A DNA stretch of 64,000 nucleotides from Candidatus Micrarchaeota archaeon (GTDB taxonomy: Archaea > Micrarchaeota > Micrarchaeia > Norongarragalinales > SBBD01). The position numbers were made by a program, and so were the translations under genes. Location: assembly GCA_041305345.1 (NCBI GenBank), contig JBFYLP010000002.1:151480-215479 (forward strand). The letters run 5' to 3'. Shown here piece after piece: positions 26,674 through 35,700 of the stretch. The notes beneath the pieces were generated by a model. That model saw only the letters and a program-made list of their open reading frames with translations, had not been told where the DNA came from and made no database searches. Within the stretch, counting starts at the first letter, position 1, and every line of letters starts with the position of its first letter.

Positions 26674-27648
26674 GTGGGAGAACAGATAAAATCCGACACT
26701 TTCCCACACCCTTGTGATTTAATGGTCCTTTGCATAATTGGTCTTGTCGTATTCGGAATACTGGGCATATTCAGCGCGAAGTACCGCAGCCTTGCAAAGG
26801 AGGCGTTCGGATGCGTCTGGAACATGGCAAGGCTAAGACCCTGCCAGGGCACGCTTGAGGACCGAATAAGGAGGGAAATCCTCTCGAAGGCGTTCCGCGT
26901 CCATCCAACGCTCGCAAAATACGTCAACAGGTATTTTGGATTGCTCTCCTGGCTGTTCGTGGCGGCTTTCTTCCTCTCGGTTTTCCTTGCAGGCCAGGGC
27001 ATCTATAATTATGCGGTCTACGGCAACTGCAACGGGCCGCAGGGAGGATTTTGCATATTCGACCCACTCAACAGCGGACAGCAAGCAAATGAATGCGTCC
27101 TGCCGGGTGCGAGCACAACTAATTTACGCAAACCAATTGATCTGGGCCATCATTTGCAAGGGCCTGCGGATGCAAAAGTAATGCTGATAGAAATCGGCTG
27201 CTACACTTGCCCGTTCACAAAAATGGCGCAGCCTGCAGTAACCTCGGCATTGAAGAAATACGAAGGGAAAATCAGATTTGCATTCCTGCCATTCCCGCTG
27301 CCAAACCACGCGTACAGCACCGAATCTGGCGAGGCAGCAGAATGTGCCAACGAACAGGGCAAGTATTGGGAATACCATAATGCGCTTTTTGAGAGGCAAG
27401 GGGAGGTCCGCGATGGAGGAATGCCGGAATTGAAGCAGATTGCAAAGTCCGTTGGTTTGGATGTAATGCAATTTGATGCGTGCCTCGATACGGGAAAATA
27501 CAAGGCGCACGTACAGAATGATTTCCAGTACGGAATCTCAATTGGGGTTTACGGCACTCCGACGTTCTTCATCAACGGGCAGGCCTTTGTTGAGCCCCTT
27601 ACGGAGCAGAAGCTGAGTTCATTGATCGAGGCAGAATTGAACAAATAG
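26674..27648 (+). CDS. membrane-anchored DsbA-like thioredoxin-fold oxidoreductase with N-terminal Cys-rich 2-TM module
   Basis: C-terminal domain has CxxC (IGCYTCPF), KIRFAFLPFPL and GTPTFFINGQ (DsbA cis-Pro region). N-terminus has 2 TM helices and Cys pairs CVWNMARLRPC and CNGPQGGFC. Confidence 0.6.
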   Translation: MGEQIKSDTFPHPCDLMVLCIIGLVVFGILGIFSAKYRSLAKEAFGCVWNMARLRPCQGTLEDRIRREILSKAFRVHPTLAKYVNRYFGLLSWLFVAAFFLSVFLAGQGIYNYAVYGNCNGPQGGFCIFDPLNSGQQANECVLPGASTTNLRKPIDLGHHLQGPADAKVMLIEIGCYTCPFTKMAQPAVTSALKKYEGKIRFAFLPFPLPNHAYSTESGEAAECANEQGKYWEYHNALFERQGEVRDGGMPELKQIAKSVGLDVMQFDACLDTGKYKAHVQNDFQYGISIGVYGTPTFFINGQAFVEPLTEQKLSSLIEAELNK

Positions 27649-27737
27649 GAAAAAATTGCCGGTCATACCTCGTTGTGCGATCGCTCTTGCTCCCACATCG
27701 AAACCATTGGGGGGTTGCACCAACAAATCAGCCTCCT

Positions 27738-28196
27738 CTACCTACGCCTATTATACAATCGCATATGTTCTTTCATGATGCACTTATCCATCACAACAAG
27801 CAGCCCTGCCTCCAAGGCAAGCTTGGCGGCTTCCTGATTGGCGATGCCCTCCTGCACCCATACCGCCTTGGCACGGATCTTTATTGCACTGATGACGATG
27901 TCAAGCACGAATTCGGGCTTCCGGAAAATTACCGCCACATCGACGGCAAGCGGGATTTTTTCAAGCGATTCGTAGGCGTATTTCCCGTGCCATTCCAAAA
28001 GCTTGGGGTTGACCGCGATGATTTCGAAGCCGTTTTTCTGCAAATAATCCGCAACGATGTAGCTTGGCTTCTCCTCGTCATCCGAAAGCCCAACTACCGC
28101 AATGCGCCTGGAATCCATCAGTATTTTCCTAATTGAAGCATCCTCGTCCATTCCACTCGTGAAATAAGAATTTGCTTCGGTTTTTAAGCTTTTCAT
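27738..28196 (-). CDS. CoA-binding domain protein (YccU/YneT family)
   Basis: RRIAVVGLSDDEEKPSYIVADYLQKNGFEIIAVNP matches the CoA_binding_2 N-terminus. Confidence 0.7.
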   Translation of the reverse strand: MKSLKTEANSYFTSGMDEDASIRKILMDSRRIAVVGLSDDEEKPSYIVADYLQKNGFEIIAVNPKLLEWHGKYAYESLEKIPLAVDVAVIFRKPEFVLDIVISAIKIRAKAVWVQEGIANQEAAKLALEAGLLVVMDKCIMKEHMRLYNRRR

Positions 28197-28229
28197 TGGA
28201 TAAACTCACTATTCCAGAAAGGTGAGAGG

Positions 28230-29432
28230 ATGGATTATAGGGGAATGTTCCAGAAGCTGATAATTGCGCTACTAGTCGTGGTCGTCGCATATGGCGCATA
28301 TATGGTATTCAGCTCCGCGATGGCGGGGCCGCAGGCAGGCGCAACGCCTAGTCCGGGGATCCTGATCTCGACAGTAACCCCCCAGGCGAGCATTGAGCCT
28401 CCGCAGCTGCAGCTCACGATGATAACAGCCCCCGCTTGCGAGGATTGCTTTGCTATTGATGCGTTCGCGTACGTTTTGCAAGAGCAGGGCGCTGAGTTAA
28501 AAATTGAAAAATTCGCCTATGATTCGGATGAAGGCAAAAAGATTGTCAAGGAATACAATATCACGAAGGCGCCCACGATAATTTTCTCTGGCGAGATCGA
28601 CCGGGTAGAGGAATTGGAGGGGCTGCTCAATGTGGCCGGCACCAAGGTAGGCGACAAATGGGTGCTCAGGGACATTTCCCCGCCATATTTGGATGTTGAA
28701 TCGGGCAAAATCGTGGGAAGGGTATCCATCAAGACTATTTACACGGACGACTGCGAAAGTTGCAACACGGCAACCGTGCCGATAAGCAGCGCCGCCGTAA
28801 ATTACTCCGCTTTGGGGGATGCGTTCAGGCAGATTGGGGTTGGGGTAAGCGAGGACGTAAGAGTCCCTGCGAATTCAATCGAGGGCATCAATATAATTGG
28901 GAAATACGGCCTGACAAGGCTGCCGGCAATCATCCTATCGGAAGACATCGAGGCCTACCCGGAGCTTGCTAGGGCGATGGACAATGTAGGTTACAAGGCG
29001 GAAGATGGCAATTACGTGATCAGGATGCTAAACCCGCCTTTTTACAACATCACGAGCGGGGAGGAGGAAGGCTTGTTGACAATCGTTTATATCAAGGCCG
29101 GAAATTACTGCCCCGATTGCTACGATTACAGGATCCACACGAGCGAACTTGCAGGGATGGGCGTCATTGCGGCCGAATCCTACTACTATGATTTTGATTC
29201 TTCAATTGGGAAAAACTACACGCAGAATTTCAACATCACCAAAATCCCAACAGTGCTGATTTCGCCCGAGATAATCAAATACCCCGCGTTCATGCTCATA
29301 TACAACCAGCTAGGGAGGATCCTTCCAAGCGGCTGGTTCCTATTCGACAAGTTCGAGGTGCTTGAAGGGGGGACATATTTCGACATCCCGTCGAACAAAT
29401 CAGTCACGGTGGCAATCCAGCCTGCTGCGTGA
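28230..29432 (+). CDS. secreted/membrane-anchored protein with two thioredoxin-like domains (CEDC and CPDC; PDO-like)
   Basis: N-terminal signal anchor. Two repeats, each with CxxC followed by an 'ITK(A/I)PT' thioredoxin cis-Pro region (CEDC...NITKAPTIIF, CPDC...NITKIPTVLI). Extra CESC. Confidence 0.55.
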   Translation: MDYRGMFQKLIIALLVVVVAYGAYMVFSSAMAGPQAGATPSPGILISTVTPQASIEPPQLQLTMITAPACEDCFAIDAFAYVLQEQGAELKIEKFAYDSDEGKKIVKEYNITKAPTIIFSGEIDRVEELEGLLNVAGTKVGDKWVLRDISPPYLDVESGKIVGRVSIKTIYTDDCESCNTATVPISSAAVNYSALGDAFRQIGVGVSEDVRVPANSIEGINIIGKYGLTRLPAIILSEDIEAYPELARAMDNVGYKAEDGNYVIRMLNPPFYNITSGEEEGLLTIVYIKAGNYCPDCYDYRIHTSELAGMGVIAAESYYYDFDSSIGKNYTQNFNITKIPTVLISPEIIKYPAFMLIYNQLGRILPSGWFLFDKFEVLEGGTYFDIPSNKSVTVAIQPAA

Positions 29433-29496
29433 ACTCTTTTTTTTCCTTTTTCCACTTTCAGGAGTTTTTTAATACCTCCCCGCCTATCTTCAGATA

Positions 29497-30225
29497 ATGG
29501 AACGGCACCGATTCTGGGAATTGGATCTTGCAAGGGCAGCAGCAGCAATCGGGATGATCGCATACAACTGGGCGTTTGCCCTGAATTATTTCGGAAGGGC
29601 TGATTTTGACCTCAATTCAGGCGCCCTGTGGGCACTTGGAAGAATGGTCGCATTTGGTTTCGTGTTCATTGCAGGCGTGTCGATGGCAATCAGCTTCGAA
29701 AATGCATCCCGTAAATTGAAACCCAGCGCCCTAAGGAGGAAATACCTTAAATCCGGCCTGAAAATATTCTTATTTGGGGTTTGCATAACAATCGCCACGT
29801 ATTTATTTGATCCGAAGGCCACCATCTGGTTTGGCGTGCTCCATCTTATCGGGATCAGTGCATTGCTGGCATACCCCCTCCTAAAAAATCAGGTGAAAAC
29901 ATCAACATTGATCCTTCTTTCGATCCCAATTCTGGTGGCCGGGTCTTACCTGCAGAATTTCTCGTTCGATTCCCCCGTCCTCCTCTGGCTGGGGCTTTGG
30001 CCTTCTGGCTGGTACACGTTCGATTATTTCCCCCTTCTTCCGTGGGCGGGAATTTTCTTTTTGGGGATTGCAATGGGAATGAAATTGCTCCGGCATCACG
30101 CAATGCATAACTATCCTGCCAAGCCGTCTCCTCTTTTGTACACGGCCCTCTTATTTGGCAGGAACACCCTGGCAATTTATTTGATCCACCAGCCATTGCT
30201 GCTCGCTTTCATCCTTATTTCCTAA
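29497..30225 (+). CDS. DUF1624-like polytopic membrane protein (heparan-alpha-glucosaminide N-acetyltransferase-like acyltransferase family)
   Basis: N-terminal RFWELDLARAAAAIGMIAYN motif and 7-8 TM helices. Confidence 0.45.
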   Translation: MERHRFWELDLARAAAAIGMIAYNWAFALNYFGRADFDLNSGALWALGRMVAFGFVFIAGVSMAISFENASRKLKPSALRRKYLKSGLKIFLFGVCITIATYLFDPKATIWFGVLHLIGISALLAYPLLKNQVKTSTLILLSIPILVAGSYLQNFSFDSPVLLWLGLWPSGWYTFDYFPLLPWAGIFFLGIAMGMKLLRHHAMHNYPAKPSPLLYTALLFGRNTLAIYLIHQPLLLAFILIS

Positions 30226-30680
30226 TTTTTGCGAGGGATATAGCCGCCGGTGCTTCTTTTACCCGAAAGCTGGGGGATGGGCTTTCCATCAGGTGTTTTT
30301 TTTGGCCTCCCCAGGAATTCATCAAGCGCGTCAGCTGATTTGTCGGAAAGGGCGTGCTCGATCCTGCACGCCTCAATTTCAAGGTCCTTCATCCCAAATA
30401 CCTTGATTCCGCAGGTAATGATAAGCCGGTGCTTCCGCACGATTTTTCTTGCCTCATTCCTTCCCCTCCCCGTGAGCGTCGCTTCGCCATAGCGCTTGTG
30501 GTTGACAAGACCATCGCCTTTAAGCTTGTCAAGCATTTCCGAAACGCTAGGTGGCGCCACGTGCAAAATCCTTGATACGACAGTGATACGGCCACGCTTT
30601 CCGCCTTCTTCGAGCTCGTAGAGGGTCTTGAGGTACATTTCCTTCTGTTCGTTGCCCATTTGCATCCAAAATCTAATCAT
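30222..30680 (-). CDS. DtxR/MntR-family metal-dependent transcriptional repressor
   Basis: EMYLKTLYELEE..RITVVSRILHVAPPSVSEMLDKLKGDGLV...LTGRG...RKHRLI and a C-terminal metal-site region. Confidence 0.8.
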   Translation of the reverse strand: MIRFWMQMGNEQKEMYLKTLYELEEGGKRGRITVVSRILHVAPPSVSEMLDKLKGDGLVNHKRYGEATLTGRGRNEARKIVRKHRLIITCGIKVFGMKDLEIEACRIEHALSDKSADALDEFLGRPKKTPDGKPIPQLSGKRSTGGYIPRKN

Positions 30681-30737
30681 TAAGGGGATTATTAAACCAG
30701 GGGCAGTATTTGGAGCGCTTATAAAGCATCGGAAGGC

Positions 30738-31682
30738 TCATTTCCAATCCGTCGAACCTCCCTTCCCGCCGGTCAGGTAATTGTAAGCAGAAAGTGCTGC
30801 TTTCGCGCCCTCGCCAGCGGATATGATGGTTTGCTTATACGGAACAAGTGTGATGTCCCCTGCAGCGAATATTCCCGGTGTCGACGTGCGGTTGGCGAGG
30901 TCTATGATGATTTCCTTCCTCTCGTTAAGCCCAACCAATCCCTTGAGGAAATCGGTCTTCACTTCGTGGCCGATCTCGATGAATACGCCGTCAACGGGCA
31001 TCTCCCGAGCCTCGCCGGATTTCATTTTTACCAGTATGGAGGATACTTTCCTCTCGCCCCTGATTTCCTGCACCAGTGCATCAAGCAGGATTTCCACGTT
31101 GGGAGCGCTTCGCACCTTGTCCAGGGTAATCGGATCGGCACGGAACTCCTCCCTTCGATGGATGAGATAAACCTTGCTTGCAATCGTGCTCAATTCGAGC
31201 GCGCCCTCGACTGCGGCGTTCCCTCCGCCGACCACCGCGGTTACCTTCCCCTTGTAGAAGGGCGCATCGCAGGTGGTGCAGGTTGAAACGCCCCTTCCGA
31301 AGAACTTATCCTCGCCCGGTATACCAAGCGTTTTTGGCATCGCACCTGAAGCCAAAATTATTGCTTTCGCCTCATATGCGCCCCCATTTTCAGTCGTGAC
31401 CCCAAACATCGCTCCTTCCTTCTTCTCTATTCCCACGACTTTCTCATAAATCATTTCCGTGCCAAAAGCCTTTGCCTCCTCCGCAAACTTCCTCATCAGT
31501 TCCGGCCCCGACTGCGCGCCAGCACCAGGGTAGTTTTCAATGTGATTTGTGAGGTTGGTCTGTCCGCCAATATCTACCGTAATGGCCGCGTTCCTAAGCT
31601 TCTTCCTGCTGCAATAGATGCCTGCAGTGAGCCCCGCTGCACCGCCGCCGATGATTATCACGTCATAGATCGATTCCGCCAT
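30738..31682 (-). CDS. trxB: thioredoxin-disulfide reductase
   Basis: FAD motif VIIIGGGAAGLTAGIY, redox-active CTTCD, NAD(P) motif VVGGGNAAVEGALEL. Confidence 0.85.
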   Translation of the reverse strand: MAESIYDVIIIGGGAAGLTAGIYCSRKKLRNAAITVDIGGQTNLTNHIENYPGAGAQSGPELMRKFAEEAKAFGTEMIYEKVVGIEKKEGAMFGVTTENGGAYEAKAIILASGAMPKTLGIPGEDKFFGRGVSTCTTCDAPFYKGKVTAVVGGGNAAVEGALELSTIASKVYLIHRREEFRADPITLDKVRSAPNVEILLDALVQEIRGERKVSSILVKMKSGEAREMPVDGVFIEIGHEVKTDFLKGLVGLNERKEIIIDLANRTSTPGIFAAGDITLVPYKQTIISAGEGAKAALSAYNYLTGGKGGSTDWK

Positions 31683-31698
31683 AGTTACACGCCTCTAA

Positions 31699-31831
31699 CG
31701 CCGGGAGGGAGATTCGAACTCCCGAATCCTTGCGGAAACCAGCTTACTTATTGATTAGGAAATTATTATTCCCTGGGTTGAATTCCCCATCCTACTCAAG
31801 GCTGGCGCATTAACCACTCTGCCACCCCGGC
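31699..31831 (-). tRNA. tRNA-Ser (anticodon UGA inferred) with ~50-nt intron at canonical 37/38; no encoded CCA
   Basis: Minus-strand read GCCGGGG-UG-GCA(D-stem)/UGC, anticodon stem CCAGC...GCUGG interrupted after CUUGAG, class-II variable arm UCCGCAAGGA, T-arm GGGAG-UUCGAAU-CUCCC, acceptor 3' UCCCGGC + discriminator G. Folded by hand. Confidence 0.65.
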
Positions 31832-31891
31832 AAACACGAATAATTTGATGCCCCTGATTAAAAAATACTCGTTAAACTGGTTAGACCAACG

Positions 31892-31900
31892 CTTAAATAT
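31892..31900 (+). promoter_or_regulatory. TATA-like box (TTAAATATT) ~30 nt upstream of tRNA-Arg 5' end
   Basis: Archaeal TATA consensus-like, placed at the expected distance. Confidence 0.35.
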
Positions 31901-31927
31901 TGAAACGGGCAAATAATGCTGCTCATT

Positions 31928-32072
31928 TGGGCCCATAGCTCAACCAGGATAGAGCGACTGGTTCCGATCTTTGCTTTGATCGGGAGTCGATGCTTCGATC
32001 TTGGAAGAGGCCCGGTGTCTCTTCCCAAAGGAAAACACCAGTAGGTTGCGGGTTCAAATCCCGTTGGGCCCG
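31928..32072 (+). tRNA. tRNA-Arg (anticodon CCG inferred) with ~69-nt intron at canonical 37/38
   Basis: GGGCCCA-UA-GCUC/GAGC D-arm, anticodon stem ACUGG...CCAGU separated by 76 nt (UUCCGA | intron | A), T-arm GCGGG-UUCAAAU-CCCGU, acceptor UGGGCCC + discriminator G. Confidence 0.65.
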
Positions 32073-32178
32073 CTAATTGCTTTAAGTTCTTGGCGGCATA
32101 ACCCTTAGGATATTTATTTGAAAGAAATTTTTTCGGAAAGGACACCGATACAGACTTGATTGACATCGCCATTTTCCC

Positions 32179-32637
32179 TCAATACCTCCTTCCCTCACGG
32201 ATGATCACGAATGTCTCAGTGTTTACGACCCCTTCAAACTCGCGCATCTGGCTTATTATGAGCTCCTCCAGCTTATCAATCGATGGAACGTATGCCTTCA
32301 GGATTAGATCCGCACGCCCGGTCACATCCGCAACGAAATCAACATACGGATTTGACATTATCTTGCGCGTTAAGGCCCTCCTTTTTTCCGTATTAAGCTG
32401 GCTGTTGTCCAGCCGGACGAAAATCAGGACTCCAAGCGGTGTGCCTGCCTTCTTGTTGTCCACACGGATGGTCTCACCTAAAATTACCCCGTTTTTCCTC
32501 ATCTGCCTGATACGGTGAAAAACCGTGCTAGGAGGAACTTGGAGACGTTTGGCAAGCTGCTTGTAGGATTGGGAAGCATCCTCGCGCAGAGTTTGGAGTA
32601 GCTCCAAATCAAGTTCATCCAAAAAATATCGATCCAT
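32179..32637 (-). CDS. Lrp/AsnC-family transcriptional regulator
   Basis: LDELDLELLQTLREDASQSYKQLAKRLQVPPSTVFHRIRQMRKNGVI HTH plus a C-terminal RAM domain. Confidence 0.85.
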   Translation of the reverse strand: MDRYFLDELDLELLQTLREDASQSYKQLAKRLQVPPSTVFHRIRQMRKNGVILGETIRVDNKKAGTPLGVLIFVRLDNSQLNTEKRRALTRKIMSNPYVDFVADVTGRADLILKAYVPSIDKLEELIISQMREFEGVVNTETFVIIREGRRY

Positions 32638-32753
32638 ATTGAATATTATCCAAAATAAAGGTTAATAATTGTACGTTTTTAGACAATATCCCAACAAAAT
32701 ATGCAAAAATATATATTAGGGGGTTATCAGAAAGACATGGGGGTGGGAACGAC

Positions 32754-35700
32754 ATGCGAATTCCTTACGAGAGGGCATTTCTGATTTTTGCGTTTTTACT
32801 ATGTGCACCCGCGCTTGTTTTGGCAAAAATGCCAGATAAAGGAATCACGATAGCAGGCGAACTATCAGAGGCAGTGGAAATGCCCACTTCCGCAAATGAG
32901 GTAAAAACACCCATAAATGCGCTTCCGGAACATAAACTTTCAGGCGGGGTGTGCGGCGGGTATATTCCCTGCAGCTGCGGAGATACGGTAATTGCCAATG
33001 CCCTTCTTTCGGGCGACCTGCTCGATTGCCCCGGCATCGGCCTGTATGTGAATACGTCATACGTTACGATAAATTGCAACGGCCATACGATAAGCGGAAG
33101 CGGCGAGCAGGGGATCAGGATTGAAGGTGCGAGCAGCACATCCATCTATGGCTGCGCAATATCCCATTTCACAGTCGGAGTTGAAACGTTTGATTCCAAC
33201 AGGATAACATTGCAGTACAACCAATTCTCGCACAATAATTACGGAATCCTAATTCGGGGAGGGGAATACCATAACATTGGCAATAACGAGTTCACGATAA
33301 TGGACGGCGGCATGAACATCGGCATGGAACTGTATGGACCAACCCATAGCAACTTTCATGGAAACGTCCTAAGGAACATACCGGGATGGGGCATCCGCGC
33401 ATTCGATGGGAGCTATAATCATTTCAATAACAACATATTCGTCCACGTATGGAATGAGGCGATGGATTCGGAATGTTATTCCAAGGAAGGGGATAAATAC
33501 GGCGAACCCAACTATTGGATGGGAAACACCTGGTCGTCTTACCATTACATCGAATATGATGAAGACAATCATGCCTATTACTCAAGCAATGAGGGATACC
33601 CTTATTATTACTCGATACCCGGCGAAAAGGGATCGAAGGACTATAGCCCGAGGCAGTACGCGCCTTCCTATACGACATATTTCTCAATGAATAAGGCGGG
33701 CCCCACCACTGTTTGCGGAAACATCCGGTCGTATGACAACTTCTTTGGAAGGTACGTAACACAAGATAACATCGACTACGGTGCATATGTGATTATGAAT
33801 ACGGGAGATCAAATACCCCCGCAGGCACAAGCAACGTACCTAAGCGGCGGCATCTGGAGCTATTGCATCGATTTTTCCTCAAATTATGTCCCTAACGGCT
33901 CGTATCCAATAGAGGTGTACATTAACGACGCGGCCCCCAAGGTCCAATATTACTCCGTCACGAACACGCAGGTTACTCTTGGCGGATATGTCACCACAGT
34001 TGACGGCAACCCGATACCTGGCGCTCAAGTGTTCCTATTTCGGAAAACAAATTTGAATGTGCCCGTTGCGAGCGTCACGGCCTTCGATGGCCATTTCCAG
34101 TTTGAGGAGGTTATTCCGGGAACGTACTTCCTGCTTGCAGCGGATGGCGCGTTCCTGAACGCATCCAAAGTATCCGTGCAAGTGACAGGGCTTGCGTTAG
34201 AAGTTGCCCAGAACCTTACCCTTATTGCTTTGACGGACACATATAGGGCGCTTTCGCCAATGGTAAGGGACCTGCACATCAACGCCCTCAACATGGATTT
34301 CGATGTCACCCGCATTGCGAACTCGGTTACGCAGCAATTTAAGGATGATCTCGATCCCGACCCCGCCATGACATCGGCGGAAACGCTAATCGACGTCTTT
34401 TCGCCCATCGTGAGCGTAAACACGAAATGGAGGAATTTAGGCAAGCTTGGCAAATATTTCGAAACCGGAAGCATCGAGGTGCTTGGAAAAGCAATAAATA
34501 AAATTGCAAATGCCTGGGATTTTGAGTTAATGGTGCTAAATGGCATCTCGTCTGCGGAGATGGTATTGCTGCAAAACCTGATGGTCCAGCTGCAGGATGA
34601 CATACTGAATAAAAATCCCACAAATTTCTTTTTCTCGCCTTATTACCAGCAGATGCTTTATAGGCACGACATAGTCAAGACGTCATTCGACGCGCAGCTT
34701 GACAATCTGATCGACCCGGATTTCTCCAGGGAAAAAGCGCACGATTTCGTGAACCAGCAGAAATTGTCCGATAAGAAGATTCGGGAATTCGGGATGCAGG
34801 GGCATTATTTTGTTATCCCCGGCGGCACGGTCAACAGAATAAGGATGGGCGGAATCCAACAAGACTATGATTACCTTTCAATGAAGCTGCAGGCGTACGG
34901 CGTTGGGGATATGACCACTAGTGTTGGGTCGCTTACTGCAAACATCGGCTCGGTTTTTTTAATCCGGGCTAAAATGTTCAAGGCGGCGAAGATAACGGAA
35001 GGGGTGGGCTTCGCATTGGATGCGTCCGACGTAATTGCAACATTCCAGACGGCGAAGGCGGGAATGGAAGCGATGCTCTATTATTCGGAATCGGTACCGA
35101 GGGGATGGGCAAAGGACCTTGCAGCCGTTAATTCGCAGTTGAACGAGTCAGTAAGGTTCCTGACAAATGAGGCGAAAATGCCAAGATACCTTCACAGGGA
35201 TAATATTTACGTGGCGGAAATCGAATGGATCGACAAGGCTTGCGATTCCCAGGAGGAAGATATCTGCACATATAACGTGAATTCGTTTGGGAATTCTACG
35301 GAATATGCGGAAATCAGTTTCAATGTTGAAAATTATGTTGAGGATGCGGATATAACCATCGTGCCCACAATCACCATAACGGATAACCCGGATGCGGATA
35401 CCCTATTCATGCTCACTCCGCAGCGGATGGTTCTGGCCCAGGGGCATGGCACAACAGTCGATTACGACCTTCCCCTAAGTTACCTCGGGGCGGGAAAGAA
35501 ACAGTATTTGAGGCTCGATATCTACTATGCCGGGCTGTACAACGACTATATCGACATGACTTTTATGGTGAGGGATCCTATGCTCGAGGATAGGGACTTC
35601 AAAGCGGGAAGGGCATCAAGCAAGGGTAGGCATTCCCTCGGTTTTAGTCTCGACGAGCATATGATGAATTACACCTATATTCACAATGTAACGAATGGCA

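Noticed and set aside
26674-27060. VKOR identity for the N-terminal module of the DsbA-like protein
   Set aside because: Only two TM helices and no TM-embedded CxxC, so VKOR (4-5 TM) is not supported. Described only as a Cys-rich membrane module.
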